Below, piece after piece: positions 38,184 to 50,735 of a stretch of DNA of 64,000 nt. Where the stretch lies: the NCBI GenBank assembly GCA_030390025.1, contig CM059432.1, positions 11,718,001 to 11,782,000 of the forward strand, written 5' to 3'. Positions within the stretch are counted from its first letter, which is position 1; each line of letters starts with the position of its first letter. The translations under genes and the position numbers were made by a program. The notes under the pieces were generated by a model. The model was not told the DNA's origin. It was given only the letters and a program-made list of their open reading frames with translations, and made no database searches. The stretch comes from Squalus acanthias. Taxonomy: Eukaryota.

Positions 38184-38225
38184 TAATGCGGCCACTTAGC
38201 ATGTCTTACAGTTTTGACTTGTCAG
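38184..38225 (+). CDS. SPIRE1: SPIRE1 42-nt cassette exon (VMRPLSMSYSFDLS)
   Basis: Long polypyrimidine tract with tacag|, |gtaaag donor, symmetric phase 1-1. Matches mammalian AMRPLSMSYSFDLS. Confidence 0.93.
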
Positions 38226-39352
38226 GTAAAGGCAGCTCCAGTACCTGACATGTGGTGGTTATTGTCCTGTCCCGCTTCTGCTTTCGCCTCCTTCACTCCA
38301 TCCATCTTTATTTTGATCATCTGAGCTCCATTGGTTAATTTAGTGCTGCTGGTGGCTTTGTGATCTGTGCTTGGTGCAGGGGCTTTGGCGGTGTCGTTTC
38401 AACGTGTGTGTGGTGGCGGGGTGCTTTCAGCCAATTGTAAATTGTGCTTAAGCCAAGAGAGAATGAATGTGGTTGGAATGTGGAACCTTTTCATTTACTC
38501 ATTCCACGGGGTGTGGGGGTCGCCTGGCAAGGCCGGCATTTATCGCCCATCCCTAGTCGCCCCTTGAGAAGGTGGTGGTGAGCCGCCGCCTTCTTGAACC
38601 GCTGCAGTCCGTGTGGTGAAGGTGCTCCCACGGTGCTGTCAGGGAGGGAGTTCCAGGATTTTGACCCGGCGACGATGAAGGAACGGCGCGGTATATTTCC
38701 AAGTCAGGACGGTGTGTGACTTGGAGGTGGTGGTGTTCCCATGCGCCCGCTGCCCTTGTCCTTCTAGGTGGTAGAGGTCGCGGGTTTGGGAGGTGCTGTC
38801 GAAGCAACGTACCATACTTGCTACCAGAGGTGGTGGAGAGGTAGAGCTGAGTGCCAGCGTAGATGTGGAATCTGACATCGCTGAGGGACAGCATATAGAT
38901 AAGGAATAGGAGGGGGCCAAGGATAGATCCTTGGGGGACTCCAGAGATATGTTTGCGGGGCAGGAAGAGAAGCTGCTGCTGGAAGTTCTCTGGCTACGAT
39001 TGGATAGGTAAGAGTGGAGCCAAGAATTAGCCTCTCTTGGTTCTTCTCTTTAGTTCTCATGAGGAGACTGAAGGAGCTTTCTGGATGGATGGGCTAAGAT
39101 GGGCCGAAAGGCCTTCCTCATCTGTGTCGGTATTGTAATCATGTGAATTGATTGTGCTTAATTTAAGCCAAACAATCATAGTGGAGTTACCCCCACCATG
39201 TGATGTGTGTGACTACAGTTCATCCGCTGAGCATCTCTTTTATATTTTTCCTGCTTTATTGTATAAGGAGATCTGTTAAAACACAGAACATTATAGGAAC
39301 TGTTCAGCTAGTGAGACTAGAATTAGTGCATAGCACATACGGTTAGAGTGTA

Positions 39353-40002
39353 TGGGGTAGCTCTTGACTTTGTGCGATAGTGTAAAACAGGTGAGAGCAG
39401 CCCATTTTACATCTCTCCTGATTTTTATTTCCGGAGGAGAGCTGTAAAACGGGCTGCAAACTCGCTATCACCCGTTTTAAAAAGAAAGACTCGCATTTCT
39501 ACAGCGCCTTTCACGACCTCAGGACGTCCCAAAGCGCTTTACAGCCAATGAAGTACTTTTTGAAGTGTAGTCACTGCTGTAATGTAGGAAACACGGCAGC
39601 CAATTTGCGCACAGCAAGCTCCCACAAACAGCAATGTGATAATGACCAGATAATCTGTTTTTAGTGATGTTGATTGAGGGATAAACATTGGCCAGGACAC
39701 CGGGGAGAACTCCCCTGCTCTTCTTCAATAGTGCCGCAGGATCTTTTACGTCCACCTGAGAGAGCAGACGGGCCCTCATTTAACGCTTTATTTGAAAGAC
39801 GACATCTCCGACAGTGCAGCACTCCCTCAGCACCGCACTGGAGTGTCAGCCTAGATTTTTGTGCTCAAGTCTCTGGAGTGGGACTTCGAACCCACAACCT
39901 TCTCGACTCTGGAAGTCAAGAGTGCTGCCCACTGAGCCACAGCTGACACTCTATCACACAATTAGATCTTTTACACTACGCACAAAGTCAAGATCTACCC
40001 CA
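39353..40002. mobile_element. Short palindromic MITE interrupted by a SINE
   Basis: Terminal inverted match tggggtagctcttgactttgtgcg / cgcacaaagtcaagatctacccca; SINE at 39483-39950 inside. Confidence 0.65.
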
Positions 40003-41420
40003 TATATTCTTTCCAGAAGAGATCACTGGATAGCGGTCAGGAGTCTGAACCCTGACTGATATTACGCCCCACCTCCACCCCACAAGCCTAGAGGTGCTGA
40101 AGCTATTTGTGATCCCCCTACACAAACCGGAGAGGTAATCTGGAAACTTCCTGGTCTGTTTGACTCATAAGAACATAAGAAATAGGAGCAGGAGTAGGCC
40201 ATTTAGCCCCTCGAGCCTGCTCCGCCATTCAATGAGATCATGGCTGATCTGATCTTGGGCTCAGCTCCATACTGGGAAGTGCATTTACCCATTGAGCCAT
40301 CAGGGGAGTTACACAGTGTTTAAGTGAGTCAGCTCAGGTGTGTCTGTATTTTGGACTCTTACTGTTGAGGAAATCAGCTGCGCTGTGCTTAATTATGCAG
40401 GCTGAGTTTAAAAAAAAAGGCTTTCTTCCAATTTAAATTATTTTTCTTACCTCTAAGCCCCCATGCCTTGTTAAGAGGGCAGACAGATGACCTTCTGCCA
40501 ATGTTGCCCTATAATCAGTCACTAAATGTTGTGGGGTGGATTCACCTCCGATCTTGCTTCCTTCCTAGTATTAAGCAGCTCACCATTCCTGCTGACAGTC
40601 CAACCAAGTTGGAAACTTGGCATGGAAGGAGGGTGTTTAAAAAGCAGGCACCAGTCCCTGGCACATGGGTTGGAACACCTGTACCCAGTGCCATTATTTT
40701 ATGAGGTTGCTTTTAGGCTTTGTGTCGGAAAAGCTGGGATGCTTCAACCCAGAGAAGAACTTTGCCGTAAGGAACAGAGGAGCCAGGAGTAGGCCGTCCA
40801 GCCCCCTTGAGCCTGTTCCGCCATTCAGTGAGATCGTGGCTAACCTGAGGATTATGGTGGGAAAGTTAGCGTGTCTGCCTGACCGATGGCTACGGCAATC
40901 TCACAAACGGGCAATGCCATTTGTAGGTGGTGTTCTTTTTATATTTTTCAAAATAGAAAAAGTTTTAACAAACAGGCTTCAAGTAACAAAGTTCATATGG
41001 AGAGAAGGGGTTTGCTCTGATTCATTGTTAGAGGTGCCACATTTGCCAGGTTTATACATCGAACAGAAGCCAGGACAAATGAAGGGATCAAAGCTCTAGT
41101 CTGCTATTTGTTTATGAAGAAAATTTATCGAACTCCATGATAACTTGAATTACTAATGTGTGCACACCATACGGCACAGGAGCAGGAAAGATGCACTTAA
41201 AAACTAGACTTTTGGTGATAGGTTTGCATTTTTAGACATTTTTACAGTAACTCATTCAAAAACTGCACTGCCGGTTCCAAAACCAACTTGATAAGGTGGC
41301 AACTCTAACCTTGAAATTGGCGCTATGGATGCAGCAGAACGAGGGCAGCTTAGAAATAGATTCCTGCAAAAATAGCGTCGTGGAGTAGGACCTTTATATT
41401 CACTTCTCCTGTGTTAACAG

Positions 41421-41584
41421 ATGTGACGACCCCAGAGAGGGGCAGAAAGACCACGCCACCTCCTGTGGCCAATGGCGCAGTTATGTCTGAAGCTACCGAA
41501 AATGACAGCCGGGCCACACAGGTGCAAAGGAAGAAGCTCCTGAAGGCGCCTACTCTGGCTGAGATAGACAGCTCCGACTCCGAG
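41421..41584 (+). CDS. SPIRE1: SPIRE1 exon (DVTTPERGRK...QRKKLLKAPTLAEIDSSDSE)
   Basis: aacag| acceptor, |gtaaag donor, 164 nt, phase 1-0. DVTTPE and QRKKLLxAPTLAExDSS are SPIRE1 motifs. Confidence 0.95.
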
Positions 41585-41662
41585 GTAAAGGAAAACCTAC
41601 TGCTTATTCTCTGTTGTTCTTCTACTTACTCATTTATTTGTGTGTGCGTGTGTATGTAAACA

Positions 41663-42288
41663 AAAGCAAACTACTGCGGATGCTGGAAATCCGAAATAAA
41701 AACAGAAAATGCTGGGAAACACTCAGCGGGTCAGGCAGCATCTGTGGAGAGAGAAACAGAGTTAACGTTTCAGGTCGATGACCCTTCGTCAGAACTGGAA
41801 AAAGTTAGAGATCCAACAGATTTTAAGCAAGTGTAGGGGCAGGGAAAGGGAGGAAGGGGCGGAAAGGACAAAAGGGAAGGTCTGTGATAGGATGGGAGGC
41901 AGGAGAGATTAAATGACAAAAGATACGATGGTACGAGGCAAAATGGTAATGGGACAAGTAAAGAAACAAAAGATGCATCCAGAGGATCTGTAAATGGGAA
42001 TATTCACCAACAGCTGCCGTCAGATCATAACCTCTGCCCCCATTTTTTCGGAGGGCATCATTCCTTTTGTCATTTAATCTCTCCTGCCTTCCAGCCTATC
42101 ACAGACCTTCCCTTTTGTTCTTTCCTCCCCTCCTCCCCCGTTTCCCTGCCTCTGCACCTGCTTAAAATCTGTTACGTCTCTAACTTTTTCCAGTTCTGAC
42201 GAAAGGTCATCGACCTGAAACGTTAACTCAGTTTCTCTCTCCACAGATGCTGCCTGACCTGCTGAGTGTTTCCAGCATTTTCTGTATA
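41663..42288. mobile_element. Second Penelope-like family, inverted pLTR pair
   Basis: Imperfect inverted arms; TSD tatgtaaaca (41653-41662, 42289-42298); hammerhead motif in both arms. Confidence 0.82.
42192..42228 (+). ncRNA. Minimal type I hammerhead ribozyme motif
   Basis: AGTT-CTGACGA-A-AGGTC(atc)GACCT-GAAA-CG-TT-AACT: stem I AGTT/AACT, palindromic stem III ACGT. Confidence 0.75.
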
Positions 42289-45275
42289 TATGTAAACATG
42301 TGTGTTTGTGTGTGCTGGGGGGGGGGGGGGGGGGTTCTTTCCTGTACCTACACCCTGTAATAGATCAGCAATGGAGATATCCACAGAGTAAGACAAGCCA
42401 TGATGCATTTAAGGGGAAAAAGAAAGAAAGACTTGCATTTCTATAGCGCCTTTCATGACCACCGGACATCTCAAAGTGCTTTACAGTCAATTAAGTACTT
42501 TTGAAGTGCAGTCACTGTTGTAATGTGGGAAACGCAGCAGCCAATTTGCGCACAGCAAGGTCCCACAAACAGCAATGTGATAATGACCAGATAATCTGTT
42601 TTTGTTATGTTGGTTGAGGGATAAATATTGGTCAGAACACCGGGGATAACTCCCCTACTCGTCTTCGAAATAGTGGCCATGGGACCTTTTACGTCCACCT
42701 GAGAGAGCAGACGGGGCCTCGGTTTAACGTCTCATCCGAAAGACGGCACCTCCGACAGTGCAGCACTCCCTCAGCACTGCACTGGGAGTGTCAGCCTAGC
42801 TTTATGTGCTCAAGTCCCTGGAGTGGGACTGTGAACCCACAACCTTCTGACTCAGAGGCAAGTGTGCTACCCACTGAGCCACAGCTGACACTAGATAAGT
42901 ACCTGAGGGAGAAAGGATGAGAAGACTACGTTGATTGGGTGAGATGAAGTAGAGTGGGAGGAGGCTCGTGTGGAGCATAAACACTGCCATAGACTATTTG
43001 GGCCCAATGGTCTGTTTCTGTGCTGCAAATTCTATGTAATTCCTTAAATACATAATGTCTGACCAATGTGCATTAGACACTGTGGTATCTACTTTTCCAG
43101 TTGATGGAATTCCAGGTAAAGTTGATGTATATTCAGGACCCGAGAAGCTGCAGCAACTCAACATTTAATTTCTGTGGCAAGTCTGATGTTTGGAGTCATC
43201 TCAATCTCAATATAGTAATTGTATAAAAACTGCTAAACTGGTAGCTTATGTTTAGAATAATTGGTGCATTTCTGAACAGTTTACAAGCAGGCTTAGCCTT
43301 TGAGTCCCTATATGCCTCTTGAGTCTTTGCAATAATATTTAACGCCCCCATCTTCCTTGCTTTTTCCCTATTGGTCATTTCTTTTTGCCCCACCATTGGC
43401 GGCCCATTGATCTGTACCCCAGCGAGGAATCTACAGCACGAAAGAAATGTAGAATGGGCGGGCAGAGCAAGAGTTGTGATTTGCATGACAGTAAAACATG
43501 TTTTCTCGTGAGCATCCCTGATTGCAATCACTCAACCATTGGTGGCCGTGCCTTCAGCTGTCAAGGCCCTAAGCTCTGGAATTCCCTCCCTAAACCTCTC
43601 CGCCTCTCTACCTCTCTTTTCTCCTTTAAGACGCTCCTTAAAACCTACCTCTCCTCTCCTAATATCTCCTTAAGTGGCTCGATGTCAAATTGCGTCTGAT
43701 AACGCTCCGTTAAAGGTGCTATATAAATGCAAGTTGTTGTTGTTGATGTTTATAGCCTTCAAACTTATTGTCAAATGTTTATCTAACTCCCTCTTAAACA
43801 AGCACTGTGATTATATTGGCAATCATAGTAGCTTGCGGTCGGGCAATATGGTAGCATGGATAGAGGATTGGTTAACGGACAGAAAACAGAGAGTAGGGAT
43901 AAACGGATCTTTTTCAGGTTGGCAGGCTGTAACTGGTGGGGTGCTGCAAGGATCAGTGTTGGGGCCTCCGCTATTTACAATCTATATTAATGACCTAGAT
44001 GAACAGTTCTGGTCTCCTTATCTAAGGAAGGATATACTTGCCTTGGAGGCGGTGCAACGAAGGTTCACTAGACTGATTCTTGGGATGAGAGGGCTGTCCT
44101 ATGAAGAGAGAGTGTGTAGAATGGGCCTATACTCCCTGGAGTTTAGAAGAATGAGAGGTGATCTCATTGAAACGTACAGCAAAGTTATGGCAATGGGGCA
44201 GGAGCAGCTCCAAGGCAATTCCTGGCATAATAGAGAAGCTACCAAAAGATCGTCTGTGAAGGATGAGCAGAATTTATTTGCGCAAAGCAGAAGCTTGAAA
44301 ATGAGTGATATTGTTGACACATCCACTGGGTCCTCTGCCACAGGCCTTAGCTTTATCAGATGACACTTTATGGACGACAAACAAGACAGTCCTTCCAATT
44401 AGAGGAATGTCTATTCCATAGAGTCACTTACAGAGCCCACTGCCTGTATAATCTGGGGCATGGGTCCTGAAAGGATGCCACACAGGATTTTCAGATCTAG
44501 CAATCATTGAGCTATGCTTTGCTCTTAATGAAGATTGAAGTGGAAGCGACTGATGTTGTACGTGATGTCCACAGAGAAGAATCGGTCAAGGACACAGACT
44601 CGGGGATCAGAAGTGGGCGCATAATCTAAGAACGTTGTCCCAAGTCGAATATCTCAAAGCTCAACAATGGAGGAAGCTTCTTGCAACAAGGAAAATCCCA
44701 TCAAATCCATAACAAAATGTTGCAAACATTCAGCAGGTCAGGCGTGACCCCCTTTGTCAACAGGGCCATGCCTGAAATGTTAACTTGTCTGTTTTTCTCT
44801 GCAGAGGCTGCCTGAGTGTTTCCAGCATTTTGTTAAGGATTTGATTCCAACAACTGCAGTTTTTTCTTTTGCTTTTTGCCCGTCAAATCCTACTTGGCAT
44901 TGGAAGGACAGAGGTTTTGTTTGTTACCTGTGGAGATGCCGATTACAGGATTATATTCAGAGGCACTGAGGAAATGGAGTAGCTAAAATACACACAGGAT
45001 GCAGATATTATAATCCACTCCTCTGCAGCGCATACATCCTGATTTGGCTGTGCAGCAGAAATATTTGTGTCTGATGATGCAGCCGTCTTCTTCCTATGTC
45101 TTTTGGTAGGAAGAACGAGGAGAGGCAATATAAACTAAAGGGTACAATCCTAAAGGGGGTGCATGAACAGTGAGATCTGGGGGTGTATGTGCACAAATCG
45201 TTGAAGGTGGCAGGGCAGGTTGAGAAAGCAGTTAAAAAAGCATACGGGATCCTGGGCTTTATAAATAGTGACATA

Positions 45276-46168
45276 GGGGGAGAAATTCAGTATCGCCCCA
45301 TTTGGGGCGCAATTATCGGCCGGGCGCGAAGATTAGCGCCTGGCGCTAATTATCGCCACCGACTGCAAACTTGACTTTTATCGCCCCTGCAGGTGATTGG
45401 AGCGCTAAATCAGGCGCTTCACACCTGTCTTAAGGCGCAAAGGCCGAGGAGCGAGGCGCTACCTCAGAGCGCTGGCGAAGCTCATGTGATGTCAGTCAGC
45501 AATGGAACACACACACAATGGCATGGGCCAGTTCTTAAAGGGGAGGGTTGATCTTGCTTTCCATCCACATCCTGCTCATTGCAGCCTTGAATCTCGGCCT
45601 GGAGAGACCTGCACATCAAATCTGCTGGAAAGAACAATGGAGAGTACCAGGGAAAGAGCTCAGAGTGCAGCCTCCACAGCCTCTTCTAAATCGATACAAG
45701 GAAGGGCAAATCAAAATGAACCTGCAAAGTGCTGCTCAGTACCCAAAACTCCTTCACACAGCGTTGAATCTCTCCAGAAGTCTCTCTCCCTCTCTCTCAG
45801 AATGCGTGGTTCAAAAATGGCACCAACAATAAAAGACAGGCAGCGGTCGCCTTTAAATAGCGTTCCCTCAGTCACTTCATGACTGCAAAACGCTCCCCTC
45901 AACCTGTCGTTGCTAGCGTCAGGTGGTAAGGCAGGGGGCGCCACTCAATATCCGCTCCGGGGCGATACCGGGGCGTTGCGCACTTGACTGACGTCATGAT
46001 CTGCCGGCGCAGGAGATCGTGGCGGTAGTGTTTAGTGTCGCCGCAAAATGTCTAGTTAATTTCGCGAGCGGCGCAAATATCGCCGCACCCGGTCGCTAGA
46101 TGATTTGCGCCCCATTAGCGCCCTCTTAAGGCGCTAACGGCAGGCGCAACCAACTGAATTTTTCCCCC
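45276..46168 (-). mobile_element. MITE family A copy
   Basis: Reverse-oriented near-identical copy of 9277-10168; TSD ATA; splits a CR1 RT fragment. Confidence 0.85.
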
Positions 46169-47310
46169 ATAGAGTACAAAAGCAAGGAAGTTATGATGAA
46201 CCTTTATAAAACACTGGTTCGGCCCCAACTGGAGTATTGTGTTCAATTCTGGGCACCGCACTTTAGGAAGGATGTGAAGGCCTTAGAGAGGGTCCAGGAA
46301 AGGTTTACGAGAATGATTCCAGGGATGAGGGACTTCAGTTACTTGGATAGACTGGAGAAGCTGGGGTTGTTCTCCTTAGAGCAGAGAAGATTGAGAGGAG
46401 ATTTGATAGAGGTGTTCAAAATCATGAGGGGTCTGGCCAGAGTAGATAGAGAGAAACTGTTCCCATTGGCGGAAGGGTCGAGAACCAGAGGACACAGATT
46501 TAAGGTGATTGGCAAAAGAACCAAAGGCGACATGAGGAAAAACCTTTTTACGCAGCAAGTGGTTAGGGTCTGGAATGCACTGCCTGAAAGGGTGGGTGGA
46601 GGCAGATTTAATCGTGGCTTTCAAAAGGGAATTGGATAAGTACCTGAAAGAAAAATATTTGCAGGGCTATGGGGAAAGGGCGGGGGAGTGGGACTAGCTG
46701 AAGTGCTCTTGCAGAGAGCCGGCATGGGCTCGACGGGCCGAATGGCCGCCTTCCGTGCTGTAACCATTCTATGATTCTATGTCTGGCTGTCAGTGCTAAG
46801 GTTCATTCTCAATTGTATCAGAAAAGTGGGACAGAGACTTGTACAAAAATGGTTGCTGACACAAGAGGGGAAGGTATTTGCACATCACTAGTTGAAGAAA
46901 GTACTAAAATCACTAAAAATAGCGACGCTGGTTAATAAGGCCATAAAAAAGCAAACAAAGCACTGGGTTTCATTTCTAGAGGGATAGAATTGAAAAGCAG
47001 AGAAGTTATGTTAAAGAACCTTGGTTAGACCACACTTGGAGGACTGTGCACAGTTCTGGTCTCCATATTATAAAAAGGATATAGAGGCACTGGAGAAGGT
47101 GCAAAAAAAATTTACTAGAATGATACCAGAACTGAGAGGCTATACCTATCAGGAAAGATTGAACAGGCTGGGGCTTTTTTCTCTAGAAAAGAGAAGGTTG
47201 AGGGGTGACCTGATAGAGGTCTTTAAGATTATGAAAGGGTTTTATAGAGTAGGTGTAGAGAAGATGTTTCCACTTGTGAGAGACACCAGAACTAGGGGCC
47301 ATAAATATAA

Positions 47311-47419
47311 AATAACAACAGAAAATGCTGGAAATACTCAGCAGGTCAGGCAGCATCGTGGAGGGTGAAACAGAGTTAACGTTTCAGGTCGATGACCCTT
47401 CATCAGAACTGGAAAAGGT
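47311..47419 (-). mobile_element. 109-bp Penelope (second family) mini-insertion in CR1
   Basis: 14-bp TSD ggccataaatataa (47297-47310, 47420-47433); hammerhead on the minus strand. Confidence 0.82.
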
Positions 47420-49098
47420 GGCCATAAATATAAGACAGTCACGAATAAATCCAATAGGGAATTCAGGAGAAACTTCTTTACCCAGAGAGTGGTGAGAATG
47501 TGGAACTCGCTACCACAGGGAGTGGTTGAGGCGAATAGCACAGATGCATTTAAGTGAAAGCTAGATAAGCACATGAGGGAGAGAGGAATAGAAGGTTATG
47601 CTGATAGGGTGAGATGGAGAGGGGTGGGAGGAGGCTCGAGTGGAGCATAAACGCCGGCAGAGACCAGTTGGGCCGAATGGCTTGTATCTGTGCTGTAATT
47701 ACTATGTAATTCTATGAATGCCTTTGCCGACTGTGGGAAAAATAGCTTTTTGAAGATCCTGAAATCAAACAGAACAAGAGACCTTCCAACAGATGAGATG
47801 GGAAGTCTGCGATGGGGTTTCTCCCTCATATGGGAAGTCCTTTCTTTGACCTGCCCGGTCGGTGTGCAGCTCCATACCTGGTATGGGGATGTCAGTGAGT
47901 TAAGATTCAGACCACAATCTCTCGGATTCCATTCTTATGGAATATGGCTGTAATTTGAACAGTTCAGTCAGTGACAACCTTGTTGCTCACTTTTTCATGA
48001 GCTGCGGTTAGAGTGAACTGTGTCGGTGGTTATCAGCAGTGTGCTCCACCCATTACACAGTCTATTTCTCCCAGTGGTGTGTAATGACATAAATACACAC
48101 TGGCCCTTTTATTACACCATGGGATGTTGGTGTGTAAATACTTAATGCATGCATCTACAATTCCTATATTCACTATTTTAGAAGAGGCGTGGATACATAC
48201 TCTAGTAACACATGGCATAATTTCAGGGCCATTTCAAAGTGTAAACATTTAATTTTAAGCACTGAAAGCAACTTTATTTAATGTTCAACTTACATCCAAA
48301 CAAATGTGATTACAACGTACAGGCGTAGGAAAGAATTGTTGGCCCCTAAATTTCACAAACGTTCTACTGGTCTCTCCCGTCGCAACTTCAGAGGAACCCC
48401 CGGAAAATGGAGGCGATCTGGTCTCTGCCGTTTGAGAGTTTCTTGGTTGCTCTGCAAAGGGCGACTCTTCTCTTTGATCCTTACAAGGCAAATGATGGGC
48501 CAGGGACAAGGCCGGGGATAGACCAGGAACAAGGACTCCCTAATCCTTGGAGTTTCTGCTCGTGAGGCTCACTGAAGACTTGGCTTGGAAGTATGGCGAG
48601 AGATGATGCATGCCAGATCTCCACAAGGATACATGTGGGCTCCCCGCCAGTGAAATGTGGGAGGTGATGCCAGACTGCCCAAGATCAAACTCCAAGAGAT
48701 ACAGCCAGGACTAGCTTCCTGTCAGGGGCAGGCTGCCAGAGACAAAGGCCACCTCAGAGCACGAGCAGCCAACCACTGGCCATCGGTTTACACCTCGGAG
48801 AAGCACTAGAATAGGTGAAAGAAAGGCATGTATAGGTACCCGGGGAAGCACAGTGTTGAGAAAGAGTAGGTTGGCTTGTGTACACTTTGGAATTAATTTA
48901 TTGTATATATGGCTCCTTGTTATTTGTGGAAGTTAGGGTCAAATGGGAAAGGGCGCACTTACTTGTTGTGACTTATTCACTCAGGTGATAATTAATGATA
49001 CGCTTATGTAGGGGCAAAGAGGGCTGATGTGTTGTCATGTTGCAGGATGGATAGTGGATTGAGGGAATGTTCCTTTATTGGAAAGTGAGGAAGACTAA

Positions 49099-49757
49099 GG
49101 GGGAAAAATTGGGTTGCTTTGCGCCTCCCGTTAGCGCCTTCTTAGGGCGTTAACGGGGCGCAAAGCAACTAGTGCCCGGGCGCGGTGCTGCCAATGCCTC
49201 CCGCGAAATTCAGCGGGAGGTTAGCGGCGGTGCTAACCGTTAGCGCCCCGCGGTGCTGCACCGCCGGCGATGATGTCATCGCCGTGCGTAGCAGCCCGCT
49301 CGTGCCCCGGCCGCGATCTTCGGTAACGCTATGTCCGATGGGGTCGGGGGGGGGGGGGGCCTACCTGCGGCCAGGGCGGCGCTATTTAAAGGCGAGGTGC
49401 CAGGCGGCTATTTTTGTTGCTGGCCGCCTGCCAGCACCTGCCTCCACTCCCGTCCCCGGCCTCCTTACCCGCTCCCCACCCCGCGGAGTGCTGGGCTCTT
49501 TTGCCGGCACTCCCGATCCCCGGGGGCCCAACTGGGCCCCGGGTTGCGCTGCGCAAGGCCCCTCCCCATTAAGAAGGGGAGGAAGGTCTGCAATACCACG
49601 GTGCGGCGTAGCGCCACGATATTCCCTCGGAGCGCCCCAAGAGGGAGGCGGGGCGCTTCCAGTAGCGCCCCGCTTCCCTCTTGGGGCGCAACCACTCAAT
49701 TTCGGTCGCAGGGGCGCTAATTTTTCTGGGGTTAAAAGTAGACTCAATTTTTAGCCC
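49099..49757 (+). mobile_element. GC-rich MITE family B
   Basis: Same termini; flanks TAA/AAA. Confidence 0.78.
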
Positions 49758-49899
49758 AAAGTGAGTAAGGTGGTGTTGTCAAAGGTAGACTATATTACAC
49801 AGAAGAGACCTCAGTGATGAGGTGTGTTATGATGCTCTTGCAGCAGTCAATGAGGAATCCTCAGAGTGCAGGTAATCGTGATGGTTTCCTCTATGTAGA

Positions 49900-50735
49900 A
49901 CTGGCTCCAACGGAGCCAGGGCCTCCTTGCCAGAAATGTCAAAGTTCAACCCTTCTTTTGAACGGTAAAGTTGTGAAGACCACGGTAGCCTACAACTATT
50001 TGTGACCCACAATCTAGAGCAGACTGCAGAGCAGCCCCAACTTGTCCAGGCACTGAAAGTGTGCCTTTGAGATGGTCCTCTCGACGACCAATCTTGTAGA
50101 GGCATGTGCCTCATTGTAGCAATCTCTCTATTGATACTTGGGCCACTCAGTGCAGTCGTCCATGGAGGCAGGTGTTGGGTTTTGTCACCCAGAAGCCACC
50201 CATTGATGCGATTTTCTTCCCTGAAGAGGTCAGCGAGGGGTGAATTGTGGAGGATGTGACCTTTGTGACAACTTGCAGCCTAACAGGTGTTGACCTGTAG
50301 GATCCTCCTCACATTGTCATGCACAATCTATACATTGAGGGAGTGGAAGCCTTTCCTGTTGAAGGGGTTTTCAGTGAGAGCCAGCCCGCAAAGCAACGTG
50401 GGAGCCATTAATTTCACACTGGAGCATGGGCAAGTCAGCAACCTCGTGAAACTGGATGGCCCTATCTCGTTGCTTCGTTGATGTGATGCCAGAGTGATGA
50501 TTTCACCATCTGACCTGACGAATGCCTGCCCGTGCTGCTGCCTGGCTGATATTACGGAGATCGCCTGTGGCTGCCTGAAATGAGCCCGCGCCAGAAAAGT
50601 TGTGTGCGGTGACCATCTTCACAGCTACAGAGAGAGCAGTGCGAGCAGATGAACGAGGCTGCAGGTCCTCATGCAGTCGGTGACGGAGCTGCCCTGCGGC
50701 CTTCTTGGTGTAGCGCACTCTTCTTAAACACATCA
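49900..50735 (-). pseudogene. Decayed Harbinger/PIF (HARBI1-like) DDE transposase
   Basis: Ordered remnants TALSVAVKMVTAHNFSGAGSFQAATGDLRNISQ, INGSHVAL, NRKGFHSLNV and YNEAHASTRLVVERTI, with stops and frameshifts. Confidence 0.85.

Larger units (their letters stand above)
45095..47715 (+). mobile_element. Two CR1 fragments, interrupted by a MITE and a Penelope mini-insert
   Basis: ORF2 C-terminal peptides at 45183, 46193 and 47021. Confidence 0.88.

Noticed and set aside
43674..44363. 229-aa ORF as a host gene
   Set aside because: A chimera of an L2-like tail, an internally deleted CR1 and unassigned sequence.
45502..45882. Recurrent 110-128 aa ORF (MEHTHNG...) as a multicopy gene
   Set aside because: It recurs only because it lies inside MITE copies, and the frame is broken in the 9277 copy.
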